Of a stretch of DNA of 64,000 nt, positions 50,551 to 63,737 are shown one piece after another. The notes under the pieces were generated by a model. It was not told the origin of the DNA and searched no databases. It saw nothing but the letters and a program-made list of their open reading frames with translations. Within the stretch, counting starts at the first letter, position 1, and every line of letters begins with the position of its first letter. The DNA comes from Mytilus californianus (lineage: Eukaryota): the NCBI RefSeq assembly GCF_021869535.1, contig NW_026262668.1, positions 132,618,001 through 132,682,000 on the forward strand, in the 5' to 3' direction. Position numbers and translations under genes: made by a program.

Positions 50551-50699
50551 AACATTGAACTATTGAATTGTTTTGAGTACTGATGATTTGTTGTCATTAC
50601 TATTACTAAGTAGAAGTACAAGTTGTCTCGTTCAACGCAAAAATCAGTAAAAATATCTTTCTCCATATTCTATGGAGCTTTTTTTTTTACTGATTTTTG

Positions 50700-51290
50700 C
50701 GTTGAAAATGTGTTCAAGAAGATCTGCTAGTTATTTTATATATTAAGGCATTTCAAATATTTTTGCAGCGATAAAGCCAGCACAGGAATTAAAAATAGTC
50801 CAAAAACATAGATATAATTGTCTGGTAGGTTCAGATTATCTAAGCCAGTTAAGATCGTTTCAACAAAAAATACAGATATATCATGTCCAAGCAAAATGTC
50901 AATGAAATCCGGAGACAGTTGTCTTTTCTTCAGTCCACAAACATTAAAGAAACAAAACTTTAAGCTACCTTTGTTCAATTATATTCACTATTTACACTTC
51001 CATTACTGGTCGATTTCTTTTTAGATATAGGCCTCTTGCACCAACCGCCTATCTGCCAGAAGTCGGTGGAGCATTTGCGTTCGGTGGACGAGGGGACGGT
51101 CCCTGTCGCTATCTTTTGCTAGGTGGGGTAGCACTAGAGTAAGACCTTTTTGTGGTCGTGTCATGATTTGTTGACGAAGAGCTGGTACGCTCTGTTCTAG
51201 ATTCGTCGAATACAGTGCCATCAATAAAGAGCTGATTGTCTAAGACGAATGATTAACTTTAAATATTTCTGATTTGAAAACAAATTGCAT
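50700..51290 (-). mobile_element. LINE fragment: end of ORF1 and start of ORF2 AP-endonuclease, decayed
   Basis: LKFCFFNVCGLK..PDFIDIL..HDI..FVET matches the APE N-terminal NVxGL / DIxxLxET motifs; preceded by a short ORF at 51021-51224. Confidence 0.7.
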
Positions 51291-52173
51291 CCGATTACCA
51301 ATGAATAAAGTTGTACTTTATTGTATTTGTTTGTTTCTATATTATTTAAAAGAAATTGTAAAATACAGAAATTCATAATAAAAAAACATGTTACAAATTA
51401 ATAAATTACATTTTACAAATTAAGAAATTGCATGTTACAAACTAAGAAATTGCATGTTACAAACTAAGAAATTGCATCAAGTTAACAAATTAAGAAATGT
51501 ATAATTATGGCGGATATTTCCTTCCATATAATTAAGTTACATACAATATTCTAAAGAAAACTATAAAATTCTAAGGCTAGTTTATATACAATATATTTAC
51601 TTTGTCGGAAAATGTAAAATGTATTTTTATTAGCTTTAGAAACAGGACGACAATGTACATATATTGTTTTTATCTTACAATTAACACCCGGCAATGAAGC
51701 TTTAATTGTTTATAAATTCCACATCATTGTCTCTGATTTAAAAAAAACCAACTCGAAATCAACAGTTTAAACGCAGAGCTCGAAGGGGAGCCCAAATGAA
51801 CTGTTACGCTAAAGGACATATCCGGATTGTCGCTTGCTCAACATTGAATATATTTGTGAATAATTCTACAAATAAAGAGAAAAAAGACCAAATATCAGCA
51901 ACGAACAGAAGAGGAGAGTCTAAAACACCACCGAACACCCTAAAAAGGAAAGGAAAATTCAAAGAAGTCCTAAATGGCATTGCAACGCATGGTACCACTA
52001 TGACTGCCAACAATTTTCACTACCAGATAGCAGCTTCTCAGTAACATCAAACGGTTGCACGTTCTGTTGTTTGAACTGCTTGAGAGAAGAAGTAGTATGA
52101 CCCTACTGTTATTCGTCTGGTTTACTTCGTATTTATTTGAACTTTATATGTTTTAATCTACATCTATAATTAA

Positions 52174-52957
52174 GATGGGCATAGGAAATTTGAGCGAAAA
52201 TACAAAATGCACATAGGGTCATTTGACGCCGACATCATAGGACATTTTAGCGCCGGAATATCAACCTTACCTGGATTTTCAAATAGGACGTTTGAGCGAA
52301 ATTTCCTGTGATACTTTTATATGAGTAAAGAAAATATTTTTAAAAAGTAAGAAAAAAGGAGAAAGTTTTGAAAATAAATATATTTTATTTGATTTTTATA
52401 CCCGAGTAATTCTACCGGTTCTGAGTAGTTAATGGTAGTGGAATCCTGAGTTGATCTCTACTTATCAATCAAACCTCATAGCCAAACAGACAAGGAGAAG
52501 GAACAGAATCTCCTGGACTTCCATTCGCGTTACTGCAAGCAGGAAATAACGATGTATTTTTATGTGAGAAGCCTAGGATATAAATTTCAAGCCCGAAACT
52601 GACTTGTAAATAATGCCATTGCTGGGTTTTAAGTTTTATGACATTGCTTTGTATTTTTTTAAATTACAATTAAAAGATTTTAAAATTTTGTGCGTTATAA
52701 ACTCCACATTTTATTAACTATATCTTGCTCGAAATCCTACTTCCGCCTCCCCGTGGTGAGCAAGGGTAAGTTAAACATATTATACTGGTCTGGCAAACGG
52801 AAGAGGTACTCCATCAATCTTAAATTTCTTTTGCTCAAATGTCCTATGCTTATTTTTTATTTTCGCTCAAATGTCCAAAGATTTCGACGCTCAAATGTCC
52901 TATACGTTGGCGCTAAAACGTCCTTACAATTTAATCTTTCAAATGTCCATTGACATC
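52174..52957. mobile_element. Foldback-like element with inverted subterminal repeats (TAGGACATTTGAGCG / CGCTCAAATGTCCTA)
   Basis: About 4 motif copies at each end in opposite orientation; no TSD found. Confidence 0.55.
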
Positions 52958-54096
52958 AAAATCCTCAAACATCAAAATAAAAATCTTTTCTTCAATAATT
53001 TTATATTTTTCAGTTATTCTTTGTTAATTAAGATTAATCATGTTAAGTGAATCTACGTTGAATTTGTTTAATCTGTTTATCACCGACGCGTGTCAAGTTG
53101 TAATTGGTTTATTTCTGTTTTTTTTATTGTTAATTGCGATTAATCATGATAGGTGATTAACTGATTAAGTTTATTCTGTTTATCACAGACTCGTGTAAAG
53201 CTTTAATTGATTTATTGTGTACAGATTTCATTATACATCTTTTTTTTTTTGGAAAATATCTCTATTTAGAAAAACTTTTTTTCTGAAATTGTGGTCCTCA
53301 ATGCTCTGCAACTTCGTTCTTCATCTGGCCTATTTTTTCTTTTGGTAATTATTTGGGAAAATATAAATCGTACGAATGGTTAAGTTATTGAGTGAACAGT
53401 AATTAAAGATCTTTTTGAAAAGTATTGCTGCTCTTTAAAAGGACCTTTTAACATCAATTTGATGCATTAGTTGATTTTTTCTTCATCCTTATCGCTGCTT
53501 TATTTTTGTAAGTTGTCAAGGACTTCTTGTAGTTTTCTACTCTCCATTTCGTCAGCTTCCTTTAATATTCTATACTGGTTGCTTAGCATATAGATCTCAT
53601 ACGACAATCTCTGCAATTCTAGTAGGCACACCCATCTGTAATTGATGTCTTAACATTTACAAACCCAATCAAAACCTATTTAAGCACTAGTCTTAGTAAA
53701 ATAAATAAAAAGGTAAAGTGTTGTTTTTGTCCAGCTTAGAAAGACAAAATTTCCCCTTTCATAATTTTATGAAAATATTAGTCACTTGTATTTGTTTGTT
53801 AAAACATGATAACAAGAAAGGAGAACGTGAACTTGACAGAATGGCAAAGTAGACCCCAAAAGAAAAACATGATTGTAAAATAAAGAATAAAAAAATAATA
53901 GAAAGCAAAAATCTATACAGAACAATAAAAAGCTGCCTTTAATCATATAAAGACATATTAATGCTCAAATAGATACTATAGTTTAATCTAAGACAACTGT
54001 GTTATAGTAGACTCAGGTTTAATTTAGACGTCAACAACAAATGATTTACATAAAATATATGTCTCTGCCTTACATGATATGTGTACGTCTTTGATC

Positions 54097-54130
54097 TCAC
54101 GGAGGTAAATTCAGCAGATAAGGTCTAAAG
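54097..54130 (+). other. Putative non-coding first exon of SLC16 copy 2
   Basis: Homologous to 34389-34433; AAG|GTATGT donor. Confidence 0.35.
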
Positions 54131-54999
54131 GTATGTGGTTGACCGTTTGGTTAAATGATGTTTAAAAATGCATGTAAATGATAGCGTTCTTTATATCATT
54201 GTATGTGATATATCTGACCTGTTAACAAGTTGCTGTGGTCAAGTCAAGTAAAACTTAGCCAATTTGAAGACTGTAAGATAACGTACACGTAACATATAAT
54301 TATTAACATAAGCTCTGATGATCTTGAGAATTGACATAAACACATATACATGATCATATTTTTAAAGAAAATGCCACTGGTCTTTAATTTGCTTTACCAT
54401 GATTCCAGGACGGATGTCAAGTTGGTTCAATATTCAACATTCAACATTCATTATTCAATTTTTTTAGGCAATTAAGCTGCCTTATGCTAGAACAGCAGAT
54501 TTGCTTTTTCCCAACGAAAGCTGAAATAGGTGCCATTGACATTATCTAGAAGTCTTGTAGGTTGTTTAATAACTAATTGGACATTTTTTTCATACTTTTA
54601 ATTCTGGAATACAATAAATATGGCCAGAATAACCTTAAATGATTGGCGAAAAAACCCAAGATAATTGACGTTGCACATATGGAAAAGTGCTCAACACAAA
54701 TTCGTACATTGTTTTATTCCCACTGCTTTTGGTTAAGATGTTAAAGAACAATTGTATGAAATATTTCATCGCCGAAAATGTCTAAATACAAGTCGTTTAC
54801 ATTTGCCAAATGACAACAGGCGCAGGAATATTGTTTGGCGGTAATTTTAACTTGGAAGACGAAAAGTAAATATCAAGGATTTATAACTAACGTCCTTGTA
54901 AATTTGGAGGATTCAGATGATATAAAGGTAAATATTATTTATCATTATATTCTTTTTGTTTGTGATGATTATTTAATTGATCCTAATTAAATGTATCCA

Positions 55000-55210
55000 C
55001 ATGTGGAGCAGGATCTGCTTACCCTTCCGGAGCACCTGAGATCAACCCCAGTTTTTGGTGGGGTTCGTGTTGCTTAGTCTTTAGTTTTCTATGTTGTGTC
55101 ATCTGTACTATCATTTGTCTGTTTGTCTTTTTATTTTTGGCCATGGCGTTGTCAGTTTGTTTTCGATCTATGAGTTTGACTGTCCCTCTGGTATCTTTCG
55201 TCCATCTTTT
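55000..55210 (+). mobile_element. SINE-like dispersed repeat, family C
   Basis: GGAGCAGGATCTGCTTACCCTTCCGGAGCACCTGAGATC..GGTATCTTTCGTCC; second copy at 25140-25300. Confidence 0.8.
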
Positions 55211-58200
55211 TGAATTCCTTCTTATTATATTATATTATAGAAATTTGAATTCAATGGAAAAAAATCGAAAAGGGGAGGATTAGAAAGTAGGATCGCTATG
55301 AAGGTAGGCTAATTTTATAAACCTTACATGATATAAGCAAGCGATGGCGTCAAATTCAGTATCTGGATGTCCGAAAAACTTTCAGTCAGATGATCCATCA
55401 TCATGATCATGAAGCCAGTGTCCGACTTTTGACATTTCAATGTTTAGGATATTTTTTCAAAACCAGAATTTCCCTAAATCTCATTTATGGCTCATTTTAA
55501 AGAAAACTATAGATCTTTCAAGCAGTGTAAAGTCAAAGAATGTTCGACCAACCGTTTATCAAAATTTTTACTCGGAACTATCACCTGTTATTGTAATCCA
55601 AACTAGGTATGGAGTGACATTATGGGTTGGGGTGTGACATTTACATTTACCAAAGGCAGGTCTATTTGACTTTGATCCCTTTAATAGTAAACGTTTGTCT
55701 GATTTGTGTCTTGCACATAACTTTTGAACTTTTGAACTTAAATTGACCAATTTCAGTGTTCTCCCCAGCCCCTTAAATATTAAAGCAAAGCGGACAGGAG
55801 GTCCTATCATTCTTTGCGTGGTCCCATATTTTTTGCCTGTGGTGCTATAATTTTCAGTCAAAAATTTGCATACCAGTAAAATTTTATACGACTTGTTAAA
55901 TTTTATCCTTGTTGTATAAAATTCCAGGTGAAATTTAACCAGCACATTAGCTGTGATGAAGTAGGTATCATGGGATGGGTGCACTTGTCATATATCAAAG
56001 ACAGGTGGTTCTGATCTTGAGGTTATGATAGTTATTTTTGTTTTGGGCATAACTCTGTTCTCTGGAGAACTTAGGCTATCCAAACTAAGTCAAACTAATT
56101 ATTAGTTTGCAAATGCATTTTGGGAAAGTTGTGTCAATAAGATTATGTAAAAAAGTCTACCAATTTTAAACACAGATCTATGTGGAATAAAATATGAAAT
56201 ATAACAAGCATAGTCCATCCTTATTATACTGTCAGTAATTTTAAATGCTTTGGGTGTCCGATAAAACAGAGGCAAATGCAATGATTATATAGAATAAATA
56301 GCTGAAAGCCAAAAATCTCAAAACTTTGTTGTCTCAATACTGAATTCCACAGCAGCAACTGAAATGCATGTACAGGGGGTATTGGTCACACTATACAGAC
56401 CGCTCTTGTTATTGATGTACAATGTAAGCATTTATCCCAGCATCAATAATATCTAACAAATAGTTCATTATAAGCGTCAAGCAAATAAATAAAAATGGCC
56501 TTCCAGACGTCATATTTATTTATACTAGAATGTAATATATTAAATGACATATAAACATGTATGAAATTGAATAAAAAAAATAAAATTTAACATAATTTTA
56601 TCTCTGAAACTGCACAACTTTTTGTCAAAAATCAAACTTTGATCATTGAATATCCCATGAAGATTTCTTTTCATAGAGAAAACTTGTGTAATATACATTA
56701 TAAGTTTAAATAAACAATAACATTGGTATTTGTTTTTATTTCAGCTAGATTCCAATTTTTGGCTTATCCTAGAAGTGACAAGACATACATGTACAATACA
56801 TGATTGTATCTAGTAGCTGGAATGAGTAGTCACCACAATAATCCCATGACAGCAATGAAACTCTAGACCATTATGATGTTATGAAGATATATATATATAT
56901 CAACAGATATGATCAAAGTACACAACAGACGACATGGATTTTGATTTTTTCCACTTGGCCACCGTGGGTAGAATTGTATCAAGTATGCAGATTTTTACAA
57001 GGTCTCATCATAACTATGATATGTCTGTGTAACTGTATGCAGATTTTTACAAGGTCTCATCATAACTATGATATGTCTGTGTAACTGTTACTACAAAGAG
57101 AGAGATACATTGTATTATTGCACACTAATTATATATATATATATATATATAAGAAGAACACCCAGTTATTAGTTATATAAAGATAGTTTGAATTCATAAT
57201 GATAAATTGTGCAGAAACATGAAATATGTTTGTATGTATACTTGACAATCCAAGAGCAAAGTTGAATTGAACCAAGGAATTTTTATATACATGTAATGGC
57301 AATAATCGAATGATTTTGATCAATAACGATTCAATGGATTTTAACGAAAGAATATAAGATTAAGTTTCAAATCTATACTTACCATTGTGTAGTTGACATC
57401 CTTTCCTTAAATTTGCATAATATATTAAGATCCCACGCATTATTATGAGAAACACACAGACACTTATTAAAGTTATGTCTACACAAAAAAGGATTTGCGC
57501 ATAGGTAATTCCACACAAACCATTCGGTGTGTTCGTGTTTTATTTATACTGTAAAAAGATGCACTCGATTAAAATCCATTGATTCGCTTCAACAAGTTTC
57601 CTTTTGTTTTCATGTCTTTATTCTTAAATTATCTGTTAGTATGAAATATTTGATGTGTTCATTAATTAATGTGTATATTTTTTGTTGTTTTGGAGAAGAC
57701 GTTACTAAGTTGTAAAACTTGTGTCTGATCCATTTGTCATTTTGAACAATAAAATATGTTTAAACTATTGAACCAAGGAGAATTACTAATTAAGCAGCAG
57801 TATTTTGATTATGGAGTTTAATTTTTTTTATTTACTGAATATATATTTGTCACTTGTTCTTAATATCTAAGAAATAAAGAATATAAAAATGTAAAAAAAA
57901 AAAAAGACGGACAAAATTTTTGTGTAAAATTTGTTGTAAATTTAATAAATTGGACACTTAGAAGTACAATAATGTATAAGAAAACTAAAAATAAAATATT
58001 TTGCATCATTGCTAGGCCAACAACATCATCATTTTGTGTAATATGATAAACAATAAAATTACACCACCTACGATTGTTCCCAGTATTATTAAATTAGTTT
58101 GTGTGCAGAGTGACGCCTGCTGATCCAACTAAAATGATTATGTGGCATATGAAAACTCATACACCACTGTGGGACACCATAATTCTGATGACAATGTTCC

Positions 58201-58440
58201 TGCATAAGTAGCGTACGGAGAAGTTGACAGAAGTTAGCTTCTATATGTCACCGTAAGGTCTGCAACAATGAGCAAAACCCATACCGCATAGTAAACTATA
58301 AAACGCCCCGAAATGACTACTGTAAAACAATTCCAACAAGAAAACCAGCGGCCCCATTTATGTACTAAAACAGGCACAAACAGAATGTGGCGGGGTTAAA
58401 CATGTTTAATGGCGCCAAACTTTCCCCTAACCTGGGACAG

Positions 58441-58791
58441 TGTTTCGATCCACAAAAAGTCATTCTTCTACAGGTAAAAACGATGATTAACATACATATT
58501 TTTAATCTATAATATGAAATCAAACAGACATAAAAAAAAATCCAATTGCACGAGTTCGCTATCTATTTATATCTATATTTATTTTTATATCGGGTTATAT
58601 TACCGTGGGTAGTCTTCGGAGGTCATCTCGATGGTTAATAAGATGGCGTCTAGACTGAAATACACACAAAATGCTGAAACGTATTATCGAGTGCATGCAT
58701 CGTGAATTGTTTATTTTATACCTTTAATAATTTGAATATACGTTTTAGTATCTTATAAATCAAATATGAGAATTTGACAGCTAATGCCCCT
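58441..58791. mobile_element. 3' half of the Kolobok-like element
   Basis: Matches about 27720-28080 and ends GACAGCTAATGCCCCT|TTAA. Confidence 0.8.
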
Positions 58792-58962
58792 TTAATGTAA
58801 CAAAAAATCTGTCAGTGTGCAAGTATGATAATTTGTTGCACTCAAATGTAATTAATTGGCTCTGAATTTCAAATAATTTGCCTAGGCGAGCACTGTGTTC
58901 TAATGATTTTAGTTATCCAATTATTCCCTTTTTCATTCTAATCAACAGCAATAGAAATATCT

Positions 58963-59678
58963 GGGTGCATTGCATTTGCGCCAATTTTTACAAAATGCAA
59001 TGTTTCATTTGCACCAGAAGGTTATATGTCATTTGCACCAAAATCAAAACAACATTGCGCAATTTTACAGGTAATATATAACGGAAAACTTTAATTATAC
59101 ATTGTATCCTGAATAAGAATTTTGTAGAGTATTTACCCTGGGTAAATAAGTGAATTTACACTCATTTCTAATACAAATCTCAGAGTGACTTAAGTTTACA
59201 ATTGTATAGTGTTCCCATGTCATCTATGTGCACCAAATGAGAATTTTAATAGAACCAACAACAGACCAGAATCGCCCCATGAACATTTAACTGAGCAATT
59301 TAATTCTAAACATCCATACTTTTTCATGTATATGTACCATGGACGTAGTAAAGAATATTCTGGTAACAACGTATATAGCAATGAGATCCATGGATACACC
59401 CGGCTTCAATTAGACGATGGAAGAAAGAATAAAACGACTTTTTTTTTGGAGAAATATAGTATGCGAAAATTTCCCTCCATTAGTACATCTGAACCGTGCT
59501 TACAAGTTTCAAGCCATAGCAGACTTTTAATTTTACTTCTTTTTTATTGCTTCCATTGTGGTTTTTATTAAAAGTTTTTGTTCAATATATCTATTATTTA
59601 TACTATTTACCTGTTTTGTTAATGCAAATGAAATATGGTTTGTGGTGCAAATGAAATGCCAATTGGCGACAAAGCACC
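58963..59678. mobile_element. MULE-like non-autonomous element (9-bp TSD)
   Basis: Flanks GAAATATCT (58954-58962) and GAAATGTCT (59679-59687); GGTGC termini; inverted CATTTGCACCA repeats. Confidence 0.7.
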
Positions 59679-59777
59679 GAAATGTCTTTACCTATTAATT
59701 GCTATATATGTAATTATGGTATATCTAGAAAAAATAACTTAATCCCTGATAAATAGATATTTTTTTTATCTTACCAG

Positions 59778-59994
59778 ATGTCTCCTTCATGACAACAGCG
59801 GTATTATGATATGCTGTAATTATCAAGATTTTTAATGGTCAGCAGCCGGTTGTACGAACGTGGCATTAGCCTAATGGGTCATTAAGTCTTCATTAAGCCT
59901 TTATGATGCATTAGGCTAATGAAGACTTAATGACTCATTAGACTAATGACACGTTCGTACAACCGGCTGCAGAACTTTTGTATTTTAAGGGAAG
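59778..59994 (+). other. Putative 5' leader exon of SLC16 copy 2, containing a MITE
   Basis: Homologous to 35251-35333; CCAG acceptor; AAG|GTATTT donor. Confidence 0.4.
59843..59969. mobile_element. 127-bp palindromic Harbinger-like MITE, TSD CAG
   Basis: 53-bp arms with 3 mismatches; CAG at 59840-59842 and 59970-59972; empty site GGTCAGAAC in copy 1 (35312-35320). Confidence 0.92.
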
Positions 59995-60524
59995 GTATTT
60001 AATGATGAATTTTAGTTTCTTGACATAGATACAGATTAATACCATGATTAAAGGGAAATTTGTGGTATACAAGAGACAGCAATCCGACAGTATAAAAAAC
60101 CAAACAACATACACAAATCAACAAATGGTTTATGACAATACACATAGCAACTATTCAATATGTCAAGCTTTAAATCTACCAATGTCTAAAACAGTGTTGA
60201 AAATTGTAGCAACATATATAGACGGATATTATTATAAAAAACAGGTACAGACACACTAACGATTCTATGGATAAAACAACATGTTTGCTTTAAAGAAGGT
60301 GCTACAGAGCTGTAAAGGGAAATCTCATCTGTAGAATAGAAATTCTAAAAATATCAGCTCGCATGAAATGACAACATCTTTAAATCTTTTTAAGTCCTGA
60401 TTAAAATCAGTATAAGTAATATAATACTTCAAATGATGAATTTGTTTTTATCTAAATTCACTGCTGTATTTTATTTTCAGACTAAGTCCTATAGTAGACA
60501 ACATTGAAGTAAACAGAGCAGAAA

Positions 60525-63500
60525 ATGATACCAAAATGGTGGTGTCTGATGATTGTATTTTCAGCCTTTATGATTCAAGCGATATCATTTGGTACAGCAG
60601 GAGCCATTGGATTGTACAACATAGAATTTATAGATTACTTCAAAGTTGGAGCAGCTGAGGTCTCCTTGATTGGTTCCATTAACCTTGGTGTTTTCCTAGG
60701 AGCAGGTATAATATAAGGATTTTAAAAATATAAAATTGAAAGATATATTCACCTATTTAACATGTTTAGAATTTTATATGAAATTTTAATCAGTTTAATT
60801 TTTCAATTTATGATGTAAAAAAATAATCAGAATGGACCAGTAGAAGACTTCAACACCTTTACAATAAATATTTAACCCATTTGGCCAAGGTCAGTTTGAG
60901 CTTTTGACATCTTTTGTCCTTAAACTTTTTCAAATATATTCTCATCTGAAAATAATGAACCAATTGAAATGAAACTTCACAGAAGGATCGCTAGTTAAAG
61001 TTCATTAATTTTATTGAGTCCAATAACCAACATGTTGACCTGGCATATATGAAATAGAATGCAAGTATAAAATGCAAATAATGTTCTAATATCTATAAAA
61101 AAAAAAAACCAGAAAATCTGCTGTGTGGCAAAAATGTTCTATCTAACCTCCCTTTGTATCCTTATAAGACATATATTGCCCATTACTTTAGTGTGTATTG
61201 CCTGTTAACTTAAAAACGAGAAAACGAAAGATCCTGTAAACAGCAAAATTGATTAGCAATACAAGATCTACCAAAATGCTACATGACTGAAACAATTAAT
61301 TATAAATAAGAAGATGTGGTATGAGTGCAAATGAGACAACTCTCCATCCAAGTTACAATGTATAAAAAGTTAACAATTATATGTCAAAGTACGGCCTTCA
61401 ACACGGAGCCTTGGCTCACACCGAACAGCAAGCTATAAAGGGCCCCAAAATTGACTAGTGTAAAACAATTCAAACAGGAAAACCAACGGTCTAATCTATA
61501 TAAAAACCGAGAAACGAGAAACACCTATGAACCACACCAACAAACGACAACCACTGATCAACAGGCTATGGACTTAGGACAGGTGCATAAACATGCAGCG
61601 GGTTTACACGTTTTAACAGGCGCCAACCTTCACTTTGTCTACTTATAGGTTTAATTGACTTAAATGACAGAAATTATCAGTATTGGTGTAATTGCCCTTA
61701 AATAACTTTTGATTTACCAATAATTATACCTGTCTGTCTGTCTGTGTGTCTGTTTATTCATTATGTAGAACTCCACAGTAACTTGTGTGGTTTTGGATTT
61801 TGGCCCCAATGAATATTTAATATAAAAGTTATTTGCACTAAAATTCATTTTTGGATAGCTGGAGATTATTATAACCTTGAAACTGGATTCATATGAACAT
61901 AAGGTTGTGTAATGTATTTATAATTTACTGTTTCATGTTTGCATTGACAGTCCATATTTTCATATCAGACATAGATCCAGAAATTATCGTAATGTTTTTT
62001 TTTCACTTTTTTTTAACTAACTTTGTGTGTTTACGAAAAAATGAGGTGAAAAGCACTAAATTTTTTTTATCCTTTAATAGTTAAAAGTCAATACTCTCTG
62101 AATAGGTATCTCTCTATTAAAAGTGATTGAAATTCTACTTTGAACCAAATCTTGGGGGAATATTTGACATTTTCATGCTCCTTTTTGTAATATTTTATGG
62201 CAAATAAATGCAGAATGTTGCCATGGAAACACAAAAAAGAAATTTTATTTCACCATTCTCACTATTAAAAATTAAATGTACGGAAAATACTGATATATTC
62301 ATATGTACATGTATGGCACTAACAGATAACTTAATTTATTAGAAAGCCAGGAAAAGCGGATGGTTTAACATTTTGTGGGTCAATTTTTAAAAACTGTTCA
62401 GATGAGAGATTTCTGCTAATTAGAGCCTTTAGTACACTTATAATTCTAAATTTGAGTCTTTTTGTGAGTTCATTTATTTTCCTGGATTGAGGGAAACTAA
62501 AGTTTGTGGTTTTGACAGATTCTGCATACAATCCCATTGGAAATAGTTTTGTTTTTTTTAACACACCATGAACAATTATAACCCAATGAATCCACAGTTT
62601 ATACTTTTTAGTTATTTTGTGTATTTATTTAAATGACATATTTACTAGCATGTCCTTATGTGAGGTTACTTAAATGACATATTTACTAGCATGTCCTTAT
62701 GTGAATCTACTTAAATGACATATTTACTAGCAGGTCCTTGTGTGAGTTTACTTAAATGATATATTTAATTGCAGGTCCTAATGTGAGTTTACTTAATTGA
62801 CATATTTTATTGCAGGTCCTTATATGAGTTTACTTAAATGACCTATTTACTAGCAGGTCCTTGTGTGAGTTTACTTAAATGACATATTTATTAGCAGGTC
62901 CTTATGTGAGATTACTTAAATGACATATTTACTAGCAGGTCCTTGTGTGAGTTTACTTAAATGACATATTTACTAGCAGGTCCTTATGTGAGATTACTTA
63001 AATGACATATTTACTAGCAGGTCCTTGTGTGAGTTTACTTAAATGACATATTTACTAGCAGGTCCTTATGTGAGTTTACTTAGATGAAATATTTAATTGC
63101 AGGTCCTTATGTGAGTTTACTTAAATGACATATTTACTAGCAGGTCCTAATGTGAGTTTACTTAATTGACATATTTTATTGCAGGTCCTTATATGAGTTT
63201 ACTTAAATGACATATTTACTAGCAGGTCCTTGTGTGAGTTTACTTAAATGACATATTTACTAGCAGATCCTTATGTGAATTTACTTAAATGACATATTTA
63301 CTAGCAGGTCCTTATGTGAGATTACTTAAATGACATATTTACTAGCAGGTCCTTATGTGAGATTACTTAAATGACATATTTACTAGCAGGTCCTTATGTG
63401 AGTTAACTTAAATGACATATTTACTAGCAGGTCCTTGTGTGAGTTTACTTAAATGACATATTTACTAGCAGGTCCTTATGTGAGATTACTTTAATGACAT

Positions 63501-63737
63501 ATTAGATTGCAGGTCCTTTTGTGAGTTTATTTAAATGACATATTTCTTGCAAGTCCTTTTGTAAGTTTACTGATGAGACATATTTAATTGCAGGTCCTTT
63601 TGTGAGTTTACTAATGAGACATATGAGTTACAGAAGAGTAGCTGTCATTGGGAGTTTACTCAGTACTATTAGTTTGATGTGTGTTCCATTTTTAGATAAT
63701 ATCATCTATCTGTATATTATATATGGAATCTTTACAG
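60525..63737 (+). CDS. SLC16 / monocarboxylate-transporter-family protein, copy 2, partial (exons 60525-60705, 63594-63737; continues beyond the window)
   Basis: Same exon lengths (181, 144) and splice sites as copy 1; 10 differences in 325 nt (6 synonymous, 4 replacements). Confidence 0.92.
61305..61640 (+). mobile_element. SINE-like family A copy in an intron of copy 2
   Basis: Long copy, absent from the homologous intron of copy 1. Confidence 0.8.
62625..63625 (+). repeat. 41-bp splice-acceptor minisatellite (23 units plus the true site)
   Basis: Unit GCAGGTCCTTATGTGAGTTTACTTAAATGACATATTTACTA at about 41-bp spacing from 62648 to 63590. Confidence 0.97.

Noticed and set aside
51796-52044. 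ORFs on both strands, with a possible MPFGL (LTR RT) or GPCR-like remnant
   Set aside because: Requires frameshifts and lacks supporting flanking motifs.
55568-55984. 138-aa minus-strand ORF
   Set aside because: No recognisable domain or convincing splice context; needs blastx.
57129-57150. (TA)n microsatellite (another near 13302-13319)
   Set aside because: Ordinary simple repeats.
1270-62564. Remaining 60-100 aa ORFs in the track
   Set aside because: Low-complexity AT-rich chance ORFs or translations of repeats.
62625-63625. CRISPR-like array or in-frame coding repeat
   Set aside because: No unique spacers; the unit is 41 nt (not a multiple of 3) and contains an in-frame TGA.
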